From contig CATNEN010000003.1 of the NCBI GenBank assembly GCA_950097015.1, positions 2,852,001 to 2,916,000 on the forward strand: a stretch of DNA of 64,000 nucleotides, written 5' to 3'. The DNA comes from Macrostomum hystrix (lineage: Eukaryota > Animalia > Platyhelminthes). The notes under the pieces were generated by a model, which had not been told where the DNA came from, made no database searches, and saw only the letters and a program-made list of their open reading frames with translations. Positions 63,681 to 64,000 of the stretch are shown here, piece after piece. Numbering within the stretch: position 1 is the stretch's first letter; each line of letters begins with the position of its first letter. The translations under genes and the position numbers were made by a program.

Positions 63681-64000
63681 GTGAGCTGACTGAGTCGAGA
63701 TTGAATCAACATCTGTAGATCTAAATCAGGAACTATTTGTAGATGGTTGAGTGATTGAGTGTCGGGAAGTAATGGAGGCATCAAGGTCCTGAGCTAGGAT
63801 CTAGGGCACAGTGCGCGCCCTTGAGTACCAACTCACAAGGCACAGTTAGAGTTTTAGAATGAAGATGAAGAAAATCAGGGCAGATTTTTGAACTTAGGCC
63901 ATAGACTATAGACTCGAGACAAAAGACGCTAAATTTAAATAAGAACCGATTGCCAGGCCTTATTAAGCTTAAGAAATTAAAGACTTGAATTGTTAATGGA

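Overview
Animal (eukaryotic) genomic DNA rich in minisatellites; the ORF track is misleading because the real genes are spliced. (1) 1-22611: 3' part of a giant, probably secreted protein gene. A 558-bp exon+intron unit is repeated at least 39 times (1 partial + 38 complete). Each 372-nt phase 1-1 exon encodes a very basic, Cys-poor LCCL domain plus a GGGGSG-RPRPRPQPRPQPRPRP linker. The array splices in frame to a (GKRP)n exon and a short terminal exon (EHKANKLIDVTEVSSCNEAANLF*), giving about 5,000 aa inside this window. (2) 25884-27639: a disrupted paralog with the same terminal exon and 3'UTR and a related Pro/Arg/Gly exon, but with a signal peptide and WSC domains instead of LCCL. Together these suggest a modular family: signal peptide, glycan-binding repeats, cationic tail, shared C-terminal peptide. 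(3) 29226-32769: intact six-exon SAXO3-like ciliary gene (339 aa) with an RFX X-box. (4) 41950 to beyond 63680: Ig-superfamily (nephrin/Kirre-like) gene with a 17.5-kb intron full of minisatellites. Also a THAP-bearing TIR transposon with a perfect 8-bp TSD, two hAT-like MITEs, two tRNA-derived SINE families and about 20 minisatellites. The organism cannot be established from this window; the style is compatible with a ciliated invertebrate such as a free-living flatworm (inference only).
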